The position numbers and the translations under genes were made by a program. A model generated the notes under the pieces. It saw nothing but the letters and a program-made list of their open reading frames with translations, was not told the DNA's origin and did not search any database. Below, piece after piece: positions 19,145 to 29,006 of a DNA stretch of 64,000 nucleotides (the stretch's first letter is position 1; each line of letters starts with the position of its first letter). Source of the DNA: a virus; the IMG/VR virus record IMGVR_UViG_3300023179_009503, positions 1 through 64,000 of that record, one strand, 5' to 3'.

Positions 19145-20358
19145 AGGTTGTTAATTTTATTTAACAATTTTCTATTAGGATGTCCATAAGGCAAGGTGTA
19201 AAGTTCAACATATTTGTTTATGTTGTCTTCATTTTCAAGCCATCTATCTTCAGCAACTTTTCTATATTTCGCACACATATTCATATATTTGCCCTTTTTA
19301 GCCAACGTCTCCTCTATACACCCGATCATTTCATCACCTGTATTAAATTTAATAGGTGCATTGCTATAAGTAACTAAATCTTGACAAGCAACGGGTAAGC
19401 CGTAGCAGCAAGCTTCAATATACTTTAAATCGCTTTTAGCTTTATTAAATGTGTTGTTTTGAAGGGGAGCGACCATCATATTAACTTTGAGATTAAAGAT
19501 CTTTTCTGGGTATGAATAAAGTTGCTGCCAAGTATGAAATTCGAGATCACCATTCTGCACATAAGGTTTTAAAGGTAGAGGAAACGCACCTAAGAATACC
19601 CACTGATACTTCTTTCTAGTTTTTATAATAGCGTCAATAACATGATAAAAATCATCATTCTGATTTACTCTATTATCAACATCAAAGTGAGCACCTGATC
19701 CTGCATATAATATTCTAGGCCTGCTTGAATATTCATCAAAATTAGATGAAATGCGCTTTTCATCGTAATAATTACCCATCCAAAACTTGGGAGGATAATT
19801 GGGTATAACCGTTATATTCTTGTTAGCGGTCTTACCGAGGTAATACTCCTTCATAAAATCACATGTAACTGTAATTTCATCGCACAGCTCCATGATCTCT
19901 TGTGCGGTTTTTCTAATACTAGGATCAGTAAATGCAGGTTTAAATTTATTATACTCAGGAATATCTTCACTAAAAACTAAATCATCAATTTCATATACCA
20001 TTCTAAATCCAACTTTTTGACTTAGTTCTTTTAAAAACTTTACAAATTTAAGCTGGCTAACAGTAGCTTGTCTTTGTATTCTAACGCATTCAGTACCACG
20101 GTAATAATTAGGATCAAAACACATTACTGTACTACCGTGTACAACTAATTTTTGATGCGCATTTAAAACGTGTTCAGGCCATATCATTCTCCAAAACCCG
20201 CACCCGCTATAATCTGCATAATAGTTTTGCACTCTTTTTAAATCGAGCTCGGGTGGACGCGGGAGAGCGTCTTGAGAGGTGGGTTGCGCTGTACGACCGA
20301 AAGGAGAAGCAATAGGATTAGCAAAAGGCGAAACAAAAGGAGACGCAAAGGGTAGCAT
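19141..20358 (-). CDS. GT-B fold glycosyltransferase
   Basis: SGCGFWRM.WP, YEIDD, VIPN, APLQNNTFNKAKSDLKYIEA. Confidence 0.8.
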   Translation of the reverse strand: MLPFASPFVSPFANPIASPFGRTAQPTSQDALPRPPELDLKRVQNYYADYSGCGFWRMIWPEHVLNAHQKLVVHGSTVMCFDPNYYRGTECVRIQRQATVSQLKFVKFLKELSQKVGFRMVYEIDDLVFSEDIPEYNKFKPAFTDPSIRKTAQEIMELCDEITVTCDFMKEYYLGKTANKNITVIPNYPPKFWMGNYYDEKRISSNFDEYSSRPRILYAGSGAHFDVDNRVNQNDDFYHVIDAIIKTRKKYQWVFLGAFPLPLKPYVQNGDLEFHTWQQLYSYPEKIFNLKVNMMVAPLQNNTFNKAKSDLKYIEACCYGLPVACQDLVTYSNAPIKFNTGDEMIGCIEETLAKKGKYMNMCAKYRKVAEDRWLENEDNINKYVELYTLPYGHPNRKLLNKINNL

Positions 20359-20366
20359 AACTAATA

Positions 20367-22178
20367 TTAACTGCTATATTCTTTATAATCAACTCTCTTA
20401 GTAATACCGTTAGATTTTTCTAAGAAGATGATATCTCCAGTAGCAGCTTTAATGCTTTCCTTTCTATGGCTAATAACCATTATGCATTCGTTATATTTTT
20501 CAACACGCTCCTTTAATATATTAATAACAAGCTCTACACCTCTTTCGTCTAAGCTTGAATCAAACAACTCATCATAGATACTAAAGTTAAACGTTACATC
20601 ACCCTGTAATCTTCTAATATCCATAAATGTAAACAAGCATGCTAAATCTATATTTTTTCTCTCTGCGCCGCTAAAGTTAAAGTATGAGCAAGGCTTACCT
20701 CTACTGTCTATAATCTCTTCTTCGAAATATTCATTAAACGTGCATATGCAATTGGCATCCATCTTCTTTAAATAATATGCTAGCTTACTGTTAAACAACT
20801 GAAGCATTTTTTTAACAATATATGATTTTACACCTTCTTCTGAAACCACAAACTTAGCTATATCGAGCATATTAAGCTTATCTTTAATGACCTCTATTTG
20901 CGTTTTTACAGACTCCAGTCTATTCTTTTGTTCGGTTATAACATTATCAAATGTTTGATGATCAGATTCTAGCTCTTTTAAATCTTGCTCTAGTTCTTTT
21001 TGCCAGGAATTAAGCTGATCTAATCTTGAAGTTAAATTGTCCTTTTCTTTTACTTTATGCTGATATGACGAAAGATTATCTCTAAGCTTTTGAATCTTAT
21101 CATCTATTTTACTTTGTAAAATAACAAATTGTTTTTCTTCTTCTTTAAGCTTAATAATTTTTTCTTCACACGTTTCTATCTCAAGATTAATTTTTTTCTT
21201 CTCGCTTTTAATATGATTTCTATCTACGTCTTGTATAGTTCTTAAGCATGTTGGACATACGTCTTTATCTGTTCCAACTGACGTCATCTTCTTATTTGCT
21301 TGAGAAATAAGCGTTGTATTTTCAGAGATAGAATGACGTATCTCTTGCAGCTTTTTATCAGTTTTTAAACTATTAGATTCTTGTTCAGCTATATTTTTCT
21401 TTATTTCTTGCACGTCGGGTAAAGTAAATTTTTCTAACTTCTTATTAATTTCAGTAATTTCTTTCGAATTACTTTCCTGCCTACCAATATATTTGTCTTT
21501 CTTTCTTTGACGCTCCTGTGCTTGTAGCTCTTGTTGCTTTTGAAGAGATAGAATATTTTTTGATATCTCATCATGCTTAGTTGCTTCTAAATCAAACGTC
21601 TTTTTATTATCATTAACATCAGCTTTTAGAATGTCTAGCATCTCACCAAATATGCCTAGATTAAAAATATCTTCAATAAACTTTCTTTTCTCTAGCTTCT
21701 TCTTAGCCATGAAAGGTACAACATTATTAATCGTCATAATAACACAGTTCTGAAATACTTCTGTATTACTATTAAACTTTGTAGCTATAAACAAATTAGT
21801 ATTCGAAATGCTATCTCTCGTCTTATCTTCACCGTTTACATATACATAGCACTTTGAAGGCTCTAGTGTTCGTATGATTTGTATCTCTTCTTTACTATCA
21901 AGATTAGAGACAGTTGCATCTAAAATAATCTCGCAATTTTTACGATTAATGTTATTAATAATATTTTCTTTTTTAAGATCTCGTAATGTTTCGCCAAATA
22001 CTGCAAAATATATAGCATCTGCAACAGTAGACTTCCCTACACCGTTTCTTCTATCTTCCTTATCTTTATTAATACCGGTAATGATGTGAATTCCTTTCTT
22101 AAAATCGACCACGACCGGTTGATTGCCTACAGAAAGAAAGTTCTTAATACTAATCTTATTAAAACTAATATACTTCAT
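20367..22178 (-). CDS. gp46: Rad50/SbcC-like recombination ATPase
   Basis: KNFLSVGN; NGVGKS; CPTC hook; FSGAE; DELFD. Confidence 0.95.
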   Translation of the reverse strand: MKYISFNKISIKNFLSVGNQPVVVDFKKGIHIITGINKDKEDRRNGVGKSTVADAIYFAVFGETLRDLKKENIINNINRKNCEIILDATVSNLDSKEEIQIIRTLEPSKCYVYVNGEDKTRDSISNTNLFIATKFNSNTEVFQNCVIMTINNVVPFMAKKKLEKRKFIEDIFNLGIFGEMLDILKADVNDNKKTFDLEATKHDEISKNILSLQKQQELQAQERQRKKDKYIGRQESNSKEITEINKKLEKFTLPDVQEIKKNIAEQESNSLKTDKKLQEIRHSISENTTLISQANKKMTSVGTDKDVCPTCLRTIQDVDRNHIKSEKKKINLEIETCEEKIIKLKEEEKQFVILQSKIDDKIQKLRDNLSSYQHKVKEKDNLTSRLDQLNSWQKELEQDLKELESDHQTFDNVITEQKNRLESVKTQIEVIKDKLNMLDIAKFVVSEEGVKSYIVKKMLQLFNSKLAYYLKKMDANCICTFNEYFEEEIIDSRGKPCSYFNFSGAERKNIDLACLFTFMDIRRLQGDVTFNFSIYDELFDSSLDERGVELVINILKERVEKYNECIMVISHRKESIKAATGDIIFLEKSNGITKRVDYKEYSS

Positions 22179-23239
22179 CTTTGTGTGGCTTTCTTATAGA
22201 GCTCTAAGCAATAACGAGACACATCATTCTTTTTATCTATATCTAATAATGTAATAAATTCTTCTATTGCTTTACTCATGTCTACCCCAGATAAATCGTA
22301 GGATTGCTCTTCATTAACTGTAATAGAACTATCATATAAAGAGTAATCTACAGATAGGTTAAATGGTTTATATGTAGAGATTTTTTGTATTAGTAATTCA
22401 ATATTATCACTAGAGATTTTTTTATCTACCTGAAGTTTAACAATATTATTACCAACAAACTCTTTTACTTCTGTTGCGCTTAAAGATTTAAAATTTAATA
22501 ATTCAGTAATAGTCAATTTTCTATGTTTTGGAGAATGCGAATTCTCATAAAAATTATAACTTAAATCATTAAAGTCTAAAATATAATAACCCTTAGAAGA
22601 ACCAGTATCGCCGAAATCCATTTCAAAGGGGTTGCCTACATATATAATAGTTTTATCACCGTACTTTCTTTCATCCCTAAGATGAAAATGCCCAGTCATA
22701 ATTAAATTTGCTTTTGTTAGAAGCTCAGATGTTTTAATACCGTGATCACAGTGTTTATGGCTATTCATTTTGAAGCTCTCAATCTCTAAGTGACCAAACA
22801 ATACATCTGAAGTCTTTATATTTTTTAGACCGACTCCCCAAGGTAGAAATGTAGCTGTCTTGCCAATAATTGTATAGGTTGTAGGTTCGCTAACTACAAG
22901 AATATTCTTCCAACCGTCTAAAATAGAAAGTGAATTAACGTCTGATCTGTCTTTATAAAAAGAGTCATGATTACCAACTAAAATAACAATATTAAACTCA
23001 TTCCAAATCTTAAGAATCTGATTAACAACGTGAATCGTATTTACTGCAATTTCGTCCCTGTAATGATATAGATCACCCAATATAAAAATATCTTTTATCT
23101 TTTTCTTGTTAAGTTCTTCTTTAAGCCAGATAGCCCACTTAAGAGCAGTTTCATGCCAAAAAATACTGTTTTGATGTACGCCTATATGTAGATCAGCAAT
23201 ACAACAAACTTTATCTGATTTAAGTGTAAGTTCCTTCAC
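22175..23239 (-). CDS. gp47: Mre11/SbcD-like nuclease
   Basis: ADLHIG; GD; GNHD; GHLE; GHFH; YVGNP. Confidence 0.95.
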   Translation of the reverse strand: MKELTLKSDKVCCIADLHIGVHQNSIFWHETALKWAIWLKEELNKKKIKDIFILGDLYHYRDEIAVNTIHVVNQILKIWNEFNIVILVGNHDSFYKDRSDVNSLSILDGWKNILVVSEPTTYTIIGKTATFLPWGVGLKNIKTSDVLFGHLEIESFKMNSHKHCDHGIKTSELLTKANLIMTGHFHLRDERKYGDKTIIYVGNPFEMDFGDTGSSKGYYILDFNDLSYNFYENSHSPKHRKLTITELLNFKSLSATEVKEFVGNNIVKLQVDKKISSDNIELLIQKISTYKPFNLSVDYSLYDSSITVNEEQSYDLSGVDMSKAIEEFITLLDIDKKNDVSRYCLELYKKATQR

Positions 23240-23856
23240 CCAGTCGAGTTATAGTTATCATCTGTTGGTTCAACATAGATATGTGCATTACCTGCAACAT
23301 CAGGATCGAGCATTAAATCGGTATAAACCTTTTCTCTATACTCATTAAGTACGGCGTGATGTTTATTTTCTTTCTTAATTCTATTAATAAACGCATGAAA
23401 GGCAATGGTTGTAAAATACGAGAATGGGCTAAACCCTGTATCAAGTTTAAACTTCTTATTTCTTAATGCGGAAAACATCTTAACAATAGCATCACCTATC
23501 ATGTCATCTTTATAAGAGTAGTTAATAAAATTAGGTGCATAAGAAAGACCGTGAGCAATTTTAGTAATACTCTCTCCTAACTTTTGCGTAACATTGCCAG
23601 ATTTATAGTAACGTCTAATTTCTTCTTCAAATTCTTTACCGTTAACATAATGAACCTTGTCTTTACCCTTCTTAACTGGTTCAGCAACTGCTGGTAAAGT
23701 ACCTGTCTTAAGCAACTTTTTAAGCTCTGGATCATTCTCAACAGATTCATCTATATCTGTATCGATATCTTCTTTTAAAGCTTTCTCAGGCTTCTTAGAA
23801 GCTTTTTTAAGCTTCTTGGATTTCTTTAATGGTGTGTTTGATTTGTTCTTTTTCAT
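23236..23856 (-). CDS. gp55: Late-transcription sigma factor
   Basis: HYVN; LSYAPNFINYSYKDDMIGDA; PFSYFTTIAFHAFINRIKKE. Confidence 0.92.
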   Translation of the reverse strand: MKKNKSNTPLKKSKKLKKASKKPEKALKEDIDTDIDESVENDPELKKLLKTGTLPAVAEPVKKGKDKVHYVNGKEFEEEIRRYYKSGNVTQKLGESITKIAHGLSYAPNFINYSYKDDMIGDAIVKMFSALRNKKFKLDTGFSPFSYFTTIAFHAFINRIKKENKHHAVLNEYREKVYTDLMLDPDVAGNAHIYVEPTDDNYNSTG

Positions 23857-25267
23857 ATAAAAGAATTCTTTTATCCATATGCAGTGAGCTATATTTCAAG
23901 TCATCTGCAATATCGAATATTATAAGCTTATCCTTATCCTTATGCAAGCGAAGGCCTCTACCTATTGATTGTACAATTTTAATTTTAGCTTTGCCGCCGC
24001 ATGCAAAAATAATATAATGAAGGTTTTTAATATTAATACCGGTAGAAAATATTTTAGAAATAGCTACCACTACTACATCATTATACTCTTCCATTAGTCG
24101 TCGTATTTTTTCCCTTTCAGTTACCTCTACTTCACCGCGAATAAAATAACACTGTTTCTCCGGGCAAACAGTTTTTATTGTTTTATATAATGCTTCACCA
24201 TGCTCAATGTAGTCAACGAGAATAAGAGAATTGTTGTTTAATTTACAAGCTACTTTACCGATAACATTATTTCTAAACGTGTTGCGCATTAAAAAGCGCT
24301 GTTCTTCTCTATACAAATTAGAAGAAGATATTACTACATCTTTAAAAGGATCTTCTTTATAAATAATTTTTAAAATTTGTACTAGGACATTGCTAACAAA
24401 ATTTTCTAATCTCAATTCATAGCTATTTTTTTCATAAATGATCGGTCCAATCTTTCCTATAATATTCCATTGATCGAGTAAATTCTCGGGCATAGTGCCA
24501 GTAAACCCAAATCTTACTGGTGTTTTAATTCTTTTAATAATTTTATTAACTTCATTTCCTCTTCTAATTTTATGAACTTCGTCAACAATTAATACATCAA
24601 TATTTTCTAACCATGTCAAATCTGTATTTTTACTCTGAAGTATTCCTAAGTTTGCTATTGTAACATTCTTAATATTTTCATCTAAGGGACAATTACCTGT
24701 CCATTTACCAACGCTAAAAGATACATTGTAGTTTTTAAAATCGCTTGATGTTTGTTCAACAAGCCCTAAATCTGGAACAATATATAAGCATTTAAATTCA
24801 GAGCCGTATAAAAGAAATAACTTTGTAAGTAAAGATGCTGCTGTAAGGGTTTTACCTCCGGCAGTTGCTAGTACTATTGTCCCTCTACCTATAGCTAGAG
24901 CTTTCTTAACAATCTCTTCTTGGTAGTCCCTAAGAGGTAAAGAAAGCGGTACTATATCTGTATTAAATTGTGTATTTGTTTTCCATGATTGAGAAGGGCT
25001 AATGACATTAAAAAGAGATTCGTCTGTATTAACATTACCTACATATTGTTGACTGGTAAGATATTTTCTTATTTCATAATAAAGCCCAGGCTCAAATTTG
25101 CCTGCAGGTGTAATAGCGTAAGTGCGTTGCGGAAGAAATCTGCCATACTTTTTTCTCATAAAAAAAGCGGCCTCGTTTTTTACTGAAAAGTTTTCTCTTA
25201 TGTCTTCAACCATTTCGCCGGTAATGACACCCATTCCCTTTTTAGCATCTAAGGAAAAATTAATCAT
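23807..25267 (-). CDS. uvsW: SF2 DNA helicase
   Basis: LRDYQ; ATAGGKT; DEVH; GFTGT; STGINIKNLH; QSIGRGLR. Confidence 0.93.
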   Translation of the reverse strand: MINFSLDAKKGMGVITGEMVEDIRENFSVKNEAAFFMRKKYGRFLPQRTYAITPAGKFEPGLYYEIRKYLTSQQYVGNVNTDESLFNVISPSQSWKTNTQFNTDIVPLSLPLRDYQEEIVKKALAIGRGTIVLATAGGKTLTAASLLTKLFLLYGSEFKCLYIVPDLGLVEQTSSDFKNYNVSFSVGKWTGNCPLDENIKNVTIANLGILQSKNTDLTWLENIDVLIVDEVHKIRRGNEVNKIIKRIKTPVRFGFTGTMPENLLDQWNIIGKIGPIIYEKNSYELRLENFVSNVLVQILKIIYKEDPFKDVVISSSNLYREEQRFLMRNTFRNNVIGKVACKLNNNSLILVDYIEHGEALYKTIKTVCPEKQCYFIRGEVEVTEREKIRRLMEEYNDVVVVAISKIFSTGINIKNLHYIIFACGGKAKIKIVQSIGRGLRLHKDKDKLIIFDIADDLKYSSLHMDKRILLYEKEQIKHTIKEIQEA

Positions 25268-25656
25268 GTCGTTTCTAGTTTGATAATATCAATTATATTC
25301 TTTAAATCGTAAGATGTAGAGCTTAAGGTCTTTTCTGACTTTTCTAATAATTCTACAACCAACTCTAGTTGTTTAATATTATTATCCATATCAACTAATT
25401 CGCTATGCTTTTCAACTGTACGCTCAGCGACTGGTAAATTAAGTTTTACAGGGCTTTGTTCTTGAAGCTTCTCTACTAAAGTTCTTTTAAGTAAATCACG
25501 CTTTTTACGTAAATCGTTAAGCTCTAACTTGTGACGTATACATCTGCCCGCCCACTTATGCTTTACACCAGGTAATCTAAGTTGATAGTCTTTTAGCTCT
25601 AACTCACTTATTTTTAAGTCGTTTTCTAGCTCTTTTATGTAATCTTCTAGTAGCAT
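25264..25656 (-). CDS. uvsY: Recombination mediator UvsY-like
   Basis: Helical ~130 aa (DLKI...HKW...SYDLKNIID) adjacent to uvsW; start placed at internal ATG 25656. Confidence 0.7.
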   Translation of the reverse strand: MLLEDYIKELENDLKISELELKDYQLRLPGVKHKWAGRCIRHKLELNDLRKKRDLLKRTLVEKLQEQSPVKLNLPVAERTVEKHSELVDMDNNIKQLELVVELLEKSEKTLSSTSYDLKNIIDIIKLETT

Positions 25657-25682
25657 TAACTTAAATAATAGTATATAGTTAT

Positions 25683-25946
25683 ATGAAATCAATAGGTCTA
25701 TTCGAGTCTAGATTTTTAAGCCTTTTAGAACAAAATGTAGCTGGAGGTGGGGGTAGCGTTTTTGGTGTAGGGCCTGGTGGCGCTCCTGGGCAATACGGTA
25801 ATCAATTCCCTTCTCAAAACGATACAGCCTATGCTCCAGGTGATGCTCGTATCCCAAAATTTTTAGGCTCAAAAAAGAAAAGAGGCAAAAAAGGTCCTTT
25901 TATACAGCGTAGGCCGCTTCCTGGATTAGAGCTAAAAAATAATTAA
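25683..25946 (+). CDS. 87-aa late protein containing a copy of the major capsid protein N-arm
   Basis: YGNQFPSQNDTAYAPGDARIPK vs gp23 YGNQFPSQNDNAYAPGDARLPK; upstream TAAATA; basic tail. Confidence 0.85.
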   Translation: MKSIGLFESRFLSLLEQNVAGGGGSVFGVGPGGAPGQYGNQFPSQNDTAYAPGDARIPKFLGSKKKRGKKGPFIQRRPLPGLELKNN

Positions 25947-25954
25947 GTAACTAC

Positions 25955-26380
25955 GTGGAACTAGGACACTGGATTTTAAGTGAAGGAATAACTATAGACG
26001 AAAATACCTTTGGGTTTATATATGAAATAACAAATACGGTTACAAATAAAAAGTATATTGGTAAAAAACAATGTAAATCAAAATTAAAAAGAAAACCATT
26101 AAAGGGTAAAAAAAATAAAAGAATTGAAATAAAAGAATCGGATTGGAGAGAATATACAAGTTCTTCGACAGAGTTAAATGAAGACATTGTTAAGTATGGC
26201 AAATCTAAATTTATTTTTAAAATACTTAAAACTTGCGGATCTAAGTGGGAATTAGCTTATAAAGAAATTTCAGAACAAATATCAAAACAAGTTCTACTTA
26301 GAGATGATTACTATAATGGAATTATAAACGTAAGAATTGGACGTCCTCCAAAAAATTATCTTGAAAAGATTTTAGGTTGA
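25955..26380 (+). CDS. GIY-YIG family nuclease
   Basis: GFIYEITN...KKYIGKK; WREYTSS; YYN. Confidence 0.8.
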   Translation: MELGHWILSEGITIDENTFGFIYEITNTVTNKKYIGKKQCKSKLKRKPLKGKKNKRIEIKESDWREYTSSSTELNEDIVKYGKSKFIFKILKTCGSKWELAYKEISEQISKQVLLRDDYYNGIINVRIGRPPKNYLEKILG

Positions 26381-26394
26381 GCCATAATCCAATA

Positions 26395-26955
26395 ATGGTT
26401 AGTCATCTAGAATTTAAGCAATATAATTTTAGAATTATAAATTTTAATTTTTTATTTAAGGATATTGAGACAAGTATAATAAATGACCTTCATAATTACG
26501 GTCTTTTAAAGGACAGAATTTCTTCTAATGCAAAGAAATTTTTTTATCATCATATTATTTTAGGTATTTGCGATTCTCTTTTAAAAAATAAAGTAAAAGA
26601 AAAGTCTATTATATACTTTAATAACACCCAACTAGGTTCGTATCAAATCTTAAAATACTTTAAAGAAGAAGATGTTTTAAAACTGCTTAATATAATTTTT
26701 AAACAAATTAAAAAATTATTGCCTATTAAAATTTTTATATCATCAATTTCATTTGAGTTTCTTATCCATCTTCTACACAAAAACGACGGTAGAAGCGTAG
26801 AGCTTATAAACAACATAAGGACCTATTTAGACTCAGTAAATCTTGAGAATTATACATTTAGCAATATTAAAACATTTACAAAAAAATTTGGATTGGTATT
26901 TCTTAATAAAGAATACTTTAATCAATTAAAAGCAAAGCAACTTATTATTGTTTAA
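26395..26955 (+). CDS. Hypothetical protein, possibly a degenerate RNase H/FEN fold
   Basis: TTGAAA-N16-CATAAT-N6-ATG places the start at 26395; resemblance is weak. Confidence 0.5.
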   Translation: MVSHLEFKQYNFRIINFNFLFKDIETSIINDLHNYGLLKDRISSNAKKFFYHHIILGICDSLLKNKVKEKSIIYFNNTQLGSYQILKYFKEEDVLKLLNIIFKQIKKLLPIKIFISSISFEFLIHLLHKNDGRSVELINNIRTYLDSVNLENYTFSNIKTFTKKFGLVFLNKEYFNQLKAKQLIIV

Positions 26956-26971
26956 TTTAATAAATAATAAT

Positions 26972-27418
26972 ATGACATTTACTGACAAGCTTAATGCATT
27001 GTTAAATACATTAACAGAAGCGCCTCAACAAGATACAAATACACAGGATGCTGCAGCTCCTGCTCCTGCTGAAGAGCAACCTACTCCTGCTCAGCAGCCC
27101 GAACAAGCAGCTATTCCCCCTGAAGGTTATGTAGATATGGTAAGGATGCTAGCTAAAGCATTAGTAATGAATATTCCTACTGGGACTATTGATTCGTTGT
27201 TCACAACCCCTATAACTAAAGAAAACGCAACTACTGTTAGAGAAGGGCTTCAAAGCGCAATTAGATCTAGTGAAACTTCAGAAGATAATGCAATAAGATT
27301 GGGTAACCCCGCGTTTAAAAAATTCGAACAGTCAATAAATGAAAATAACTTTATGGCAAAGTATAAAGAAATTTTAAATGCTATGAAGAAATTTAGCAAC
27401 GATCCTAAGCTGGGATGA
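26972..27418 (+). CDS. Hypothetical late protein, candidate internal head protein
   Basis: TAAATA-N5-ATG at 26972; MTFTDKLNALLNTLTE-A leader; Pro/Ala/Gln linker. Confidence 0.65.
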   Translation: MTFTDKLNALLNTLTEAPQQDTNTQDAAAPAPAEEQPTPAQQPEQAAIPPEGYVDMVRMLAKALVMNIPTGTIDSLFTTPITKENATTVREGLQSAIRSSETSEDNAIRLGNPAFKKFEQSINENNFMAKYKEILNAMKKFSNDPKLG

Positions 27419-27419
27419 T

Positions 27420-29006
27420 ATGGCTATCAAAAAAAATAAAAAGCCTTACAGGCCTTTATCTGAAATTTATTTAAAAGAGTCGTTTGCAAGACCTGTACCT
27501 TTGCTTCCTAGACAAACAATTTTAGGGGAAGCAAATGGAATGGCTGAAATATTAATTCAAAAAGACACCGGTGAAGATTTACCAGTATATAAAGTTCCTA
27601 ATGAAGTGGCTGATGAGGTTCTTAAGCGAATTAAAAGAGCAGAACAACAGTTAGGAGATAAAGAAGGGTTTACTGTTGATAAAATTATAGCCCAATGCTT
27701 AGAGCTAGACGGTTGGGCTGGTGAAGGCAAAGGTCAAAACAGTTCAGTATTTAGAGAGGTCGTCAATGCATTTAATGCAGTTGAGCTCAACTATAAAGAA
27801 TTTAATAAGTTATTATCTTTGCAAACGGATAAAGATAATCCTGTAAGAACTGTTTTACTTAATGACTTAAAGCCACATAGTATGGTTGAACTTCTTTCAG
27901 ACAAATTTAAAGCTCTTTTTGCTGATCCTGCAGGAGCATTAACTGTACTGCAATCGCTTTGGAGATTAATACCTGATGGTGGTAAAAATGTAAATGTAGG
28001 TCCTGGAGAGCTAGCTTTAACATTAATTAGCGATGCAGTAAAAGGTAAAGAGGGAGACTTACAGTTTGATTTTGGATTAGTTGAAGTTAAAGGTAATAAC
28101 GCAGCTTTAGGTTCCGGTAAATATGCAGTGGTTAATACTTATGAAGAGCTTAATAGAATTATGGCTTCTAAAATAGGCGGTGCATCTGTACGGGCTATAA
28201 ATATCGATAGGCAAAAATCTATAATCTTAAATTTAATAGATGAACTTATAGCTCAATATGATAAATTTGTTGCAGACCCTGCATCGGTTAAAGCAACGCC
28301 TGCAGATACACAATTGCATGTAAAAACTAGAGAGTTGCTTAAAAATCTTAAAATAAAAGCAAGCCAAGCTAAGAGTTTTCAGGAACTTGTAAGTGATGTA
28401 CAAAACTCAGATCTTAAAGAAGTTAAAAAAACAAGAACAAAGACTCTTCCTGGAGAAAAGGCTATCCTTTTAAAAGAATTAGAATTATTAAGACGTGTAG
28501 AAGCAGGTGAGGTAACCTCTATAGCCGGGGGTGAGAAAAGTAGATTTAACCCCGCAGTAAATGCATTTTTTAGTAATCCTAACCTTTCCGAAGAAAACAA
28601 ATTGGAAGGAATAAAATTTATTGTTTCTGATGAAAAAACTAATAAAGATGAGGTAGCAGAAGTTGCAAAAGAGCTACTTTCATCTTACCCAGATTTATTG
28701 ACATGGAAAAGTGTAGGTAAGTCTTATGAGGGCGATTCAACTTCGGATTTAAATAGGTTTATAGGTGCAGTACACTTAGCTGAATATCAACAAGAAAAGA
28801 AGTTTAAATACATAATATTTTTTAATGCAGATAGAAAAGATATAAATAAATTGCCTACTAGAATAGTTGCGCTTAGTTTTGCTAACAGCTCATTTAAAGA
28901 AGATGTAAAGAGAGTATTCGAGTTTTTTAAAGATAAAGATATTAATGCTTCAGTAAAACTGGGTATCGATAATACTAGAGGGACCGTAAGGATTGCAATA
29001 TCATGA
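27420..29006 (+). CDS. Putative PD-(D/E)xK nuclease-fold protein
   Basis: GPGELAL...GDL....GLVEVKG motif. Confidence 0.55.
   Translation: MAIKKNKKPYRPLSEIYLKESFARPVPLLPRQTILGEANGMAEILIQKDTGEDLPVYKVPNEVADEVLKRIKRAEQQLGDKEGFTVDKIIAQCLELDGWAGEGKGQNSSVFREVVNAFNAVELNYKEFNKLLSLQTDKDNPVRTVLLNDLKPHSMVELLSDKFKALFADPAGALTVLQSLWRLIPDGGKNVNVGPGELALTLISDAVKGKEGDLQFDFGLVEVKGNNAALGSGKYAVVNTYEELNRIMASKIGGASVRAINIDRQKSIILNLIDELIAQYDKFVADPASVKATPADTQLHVKTRELLKNLKIKASQAKSFQELVSDVQNSDLKEVKKTRTKTLPGEKAILLKELELLRRVEAGEVTSIAGGEKSRFNPAVNAFFSNPNLSEENKLEGIKFIVSDEKTNKDEVAEVAKELLSSYPDLLTWKSVGKSYEGDSTSDLNRFIGAVHLAEYQQEKKFKYIIFFNADRKDINKLPTRIVALSFANSSFKEDVKRVFEFFKDKDINASVKLGIDNTRGTVRIAIS

Noticed and set aside
25955-26380. 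Mobile homing endonuclease
   Set aside because: Only 141 aa with no C-terminal DNA-binding repeats and no intron context; more like a resident GIY-YIG nuclease
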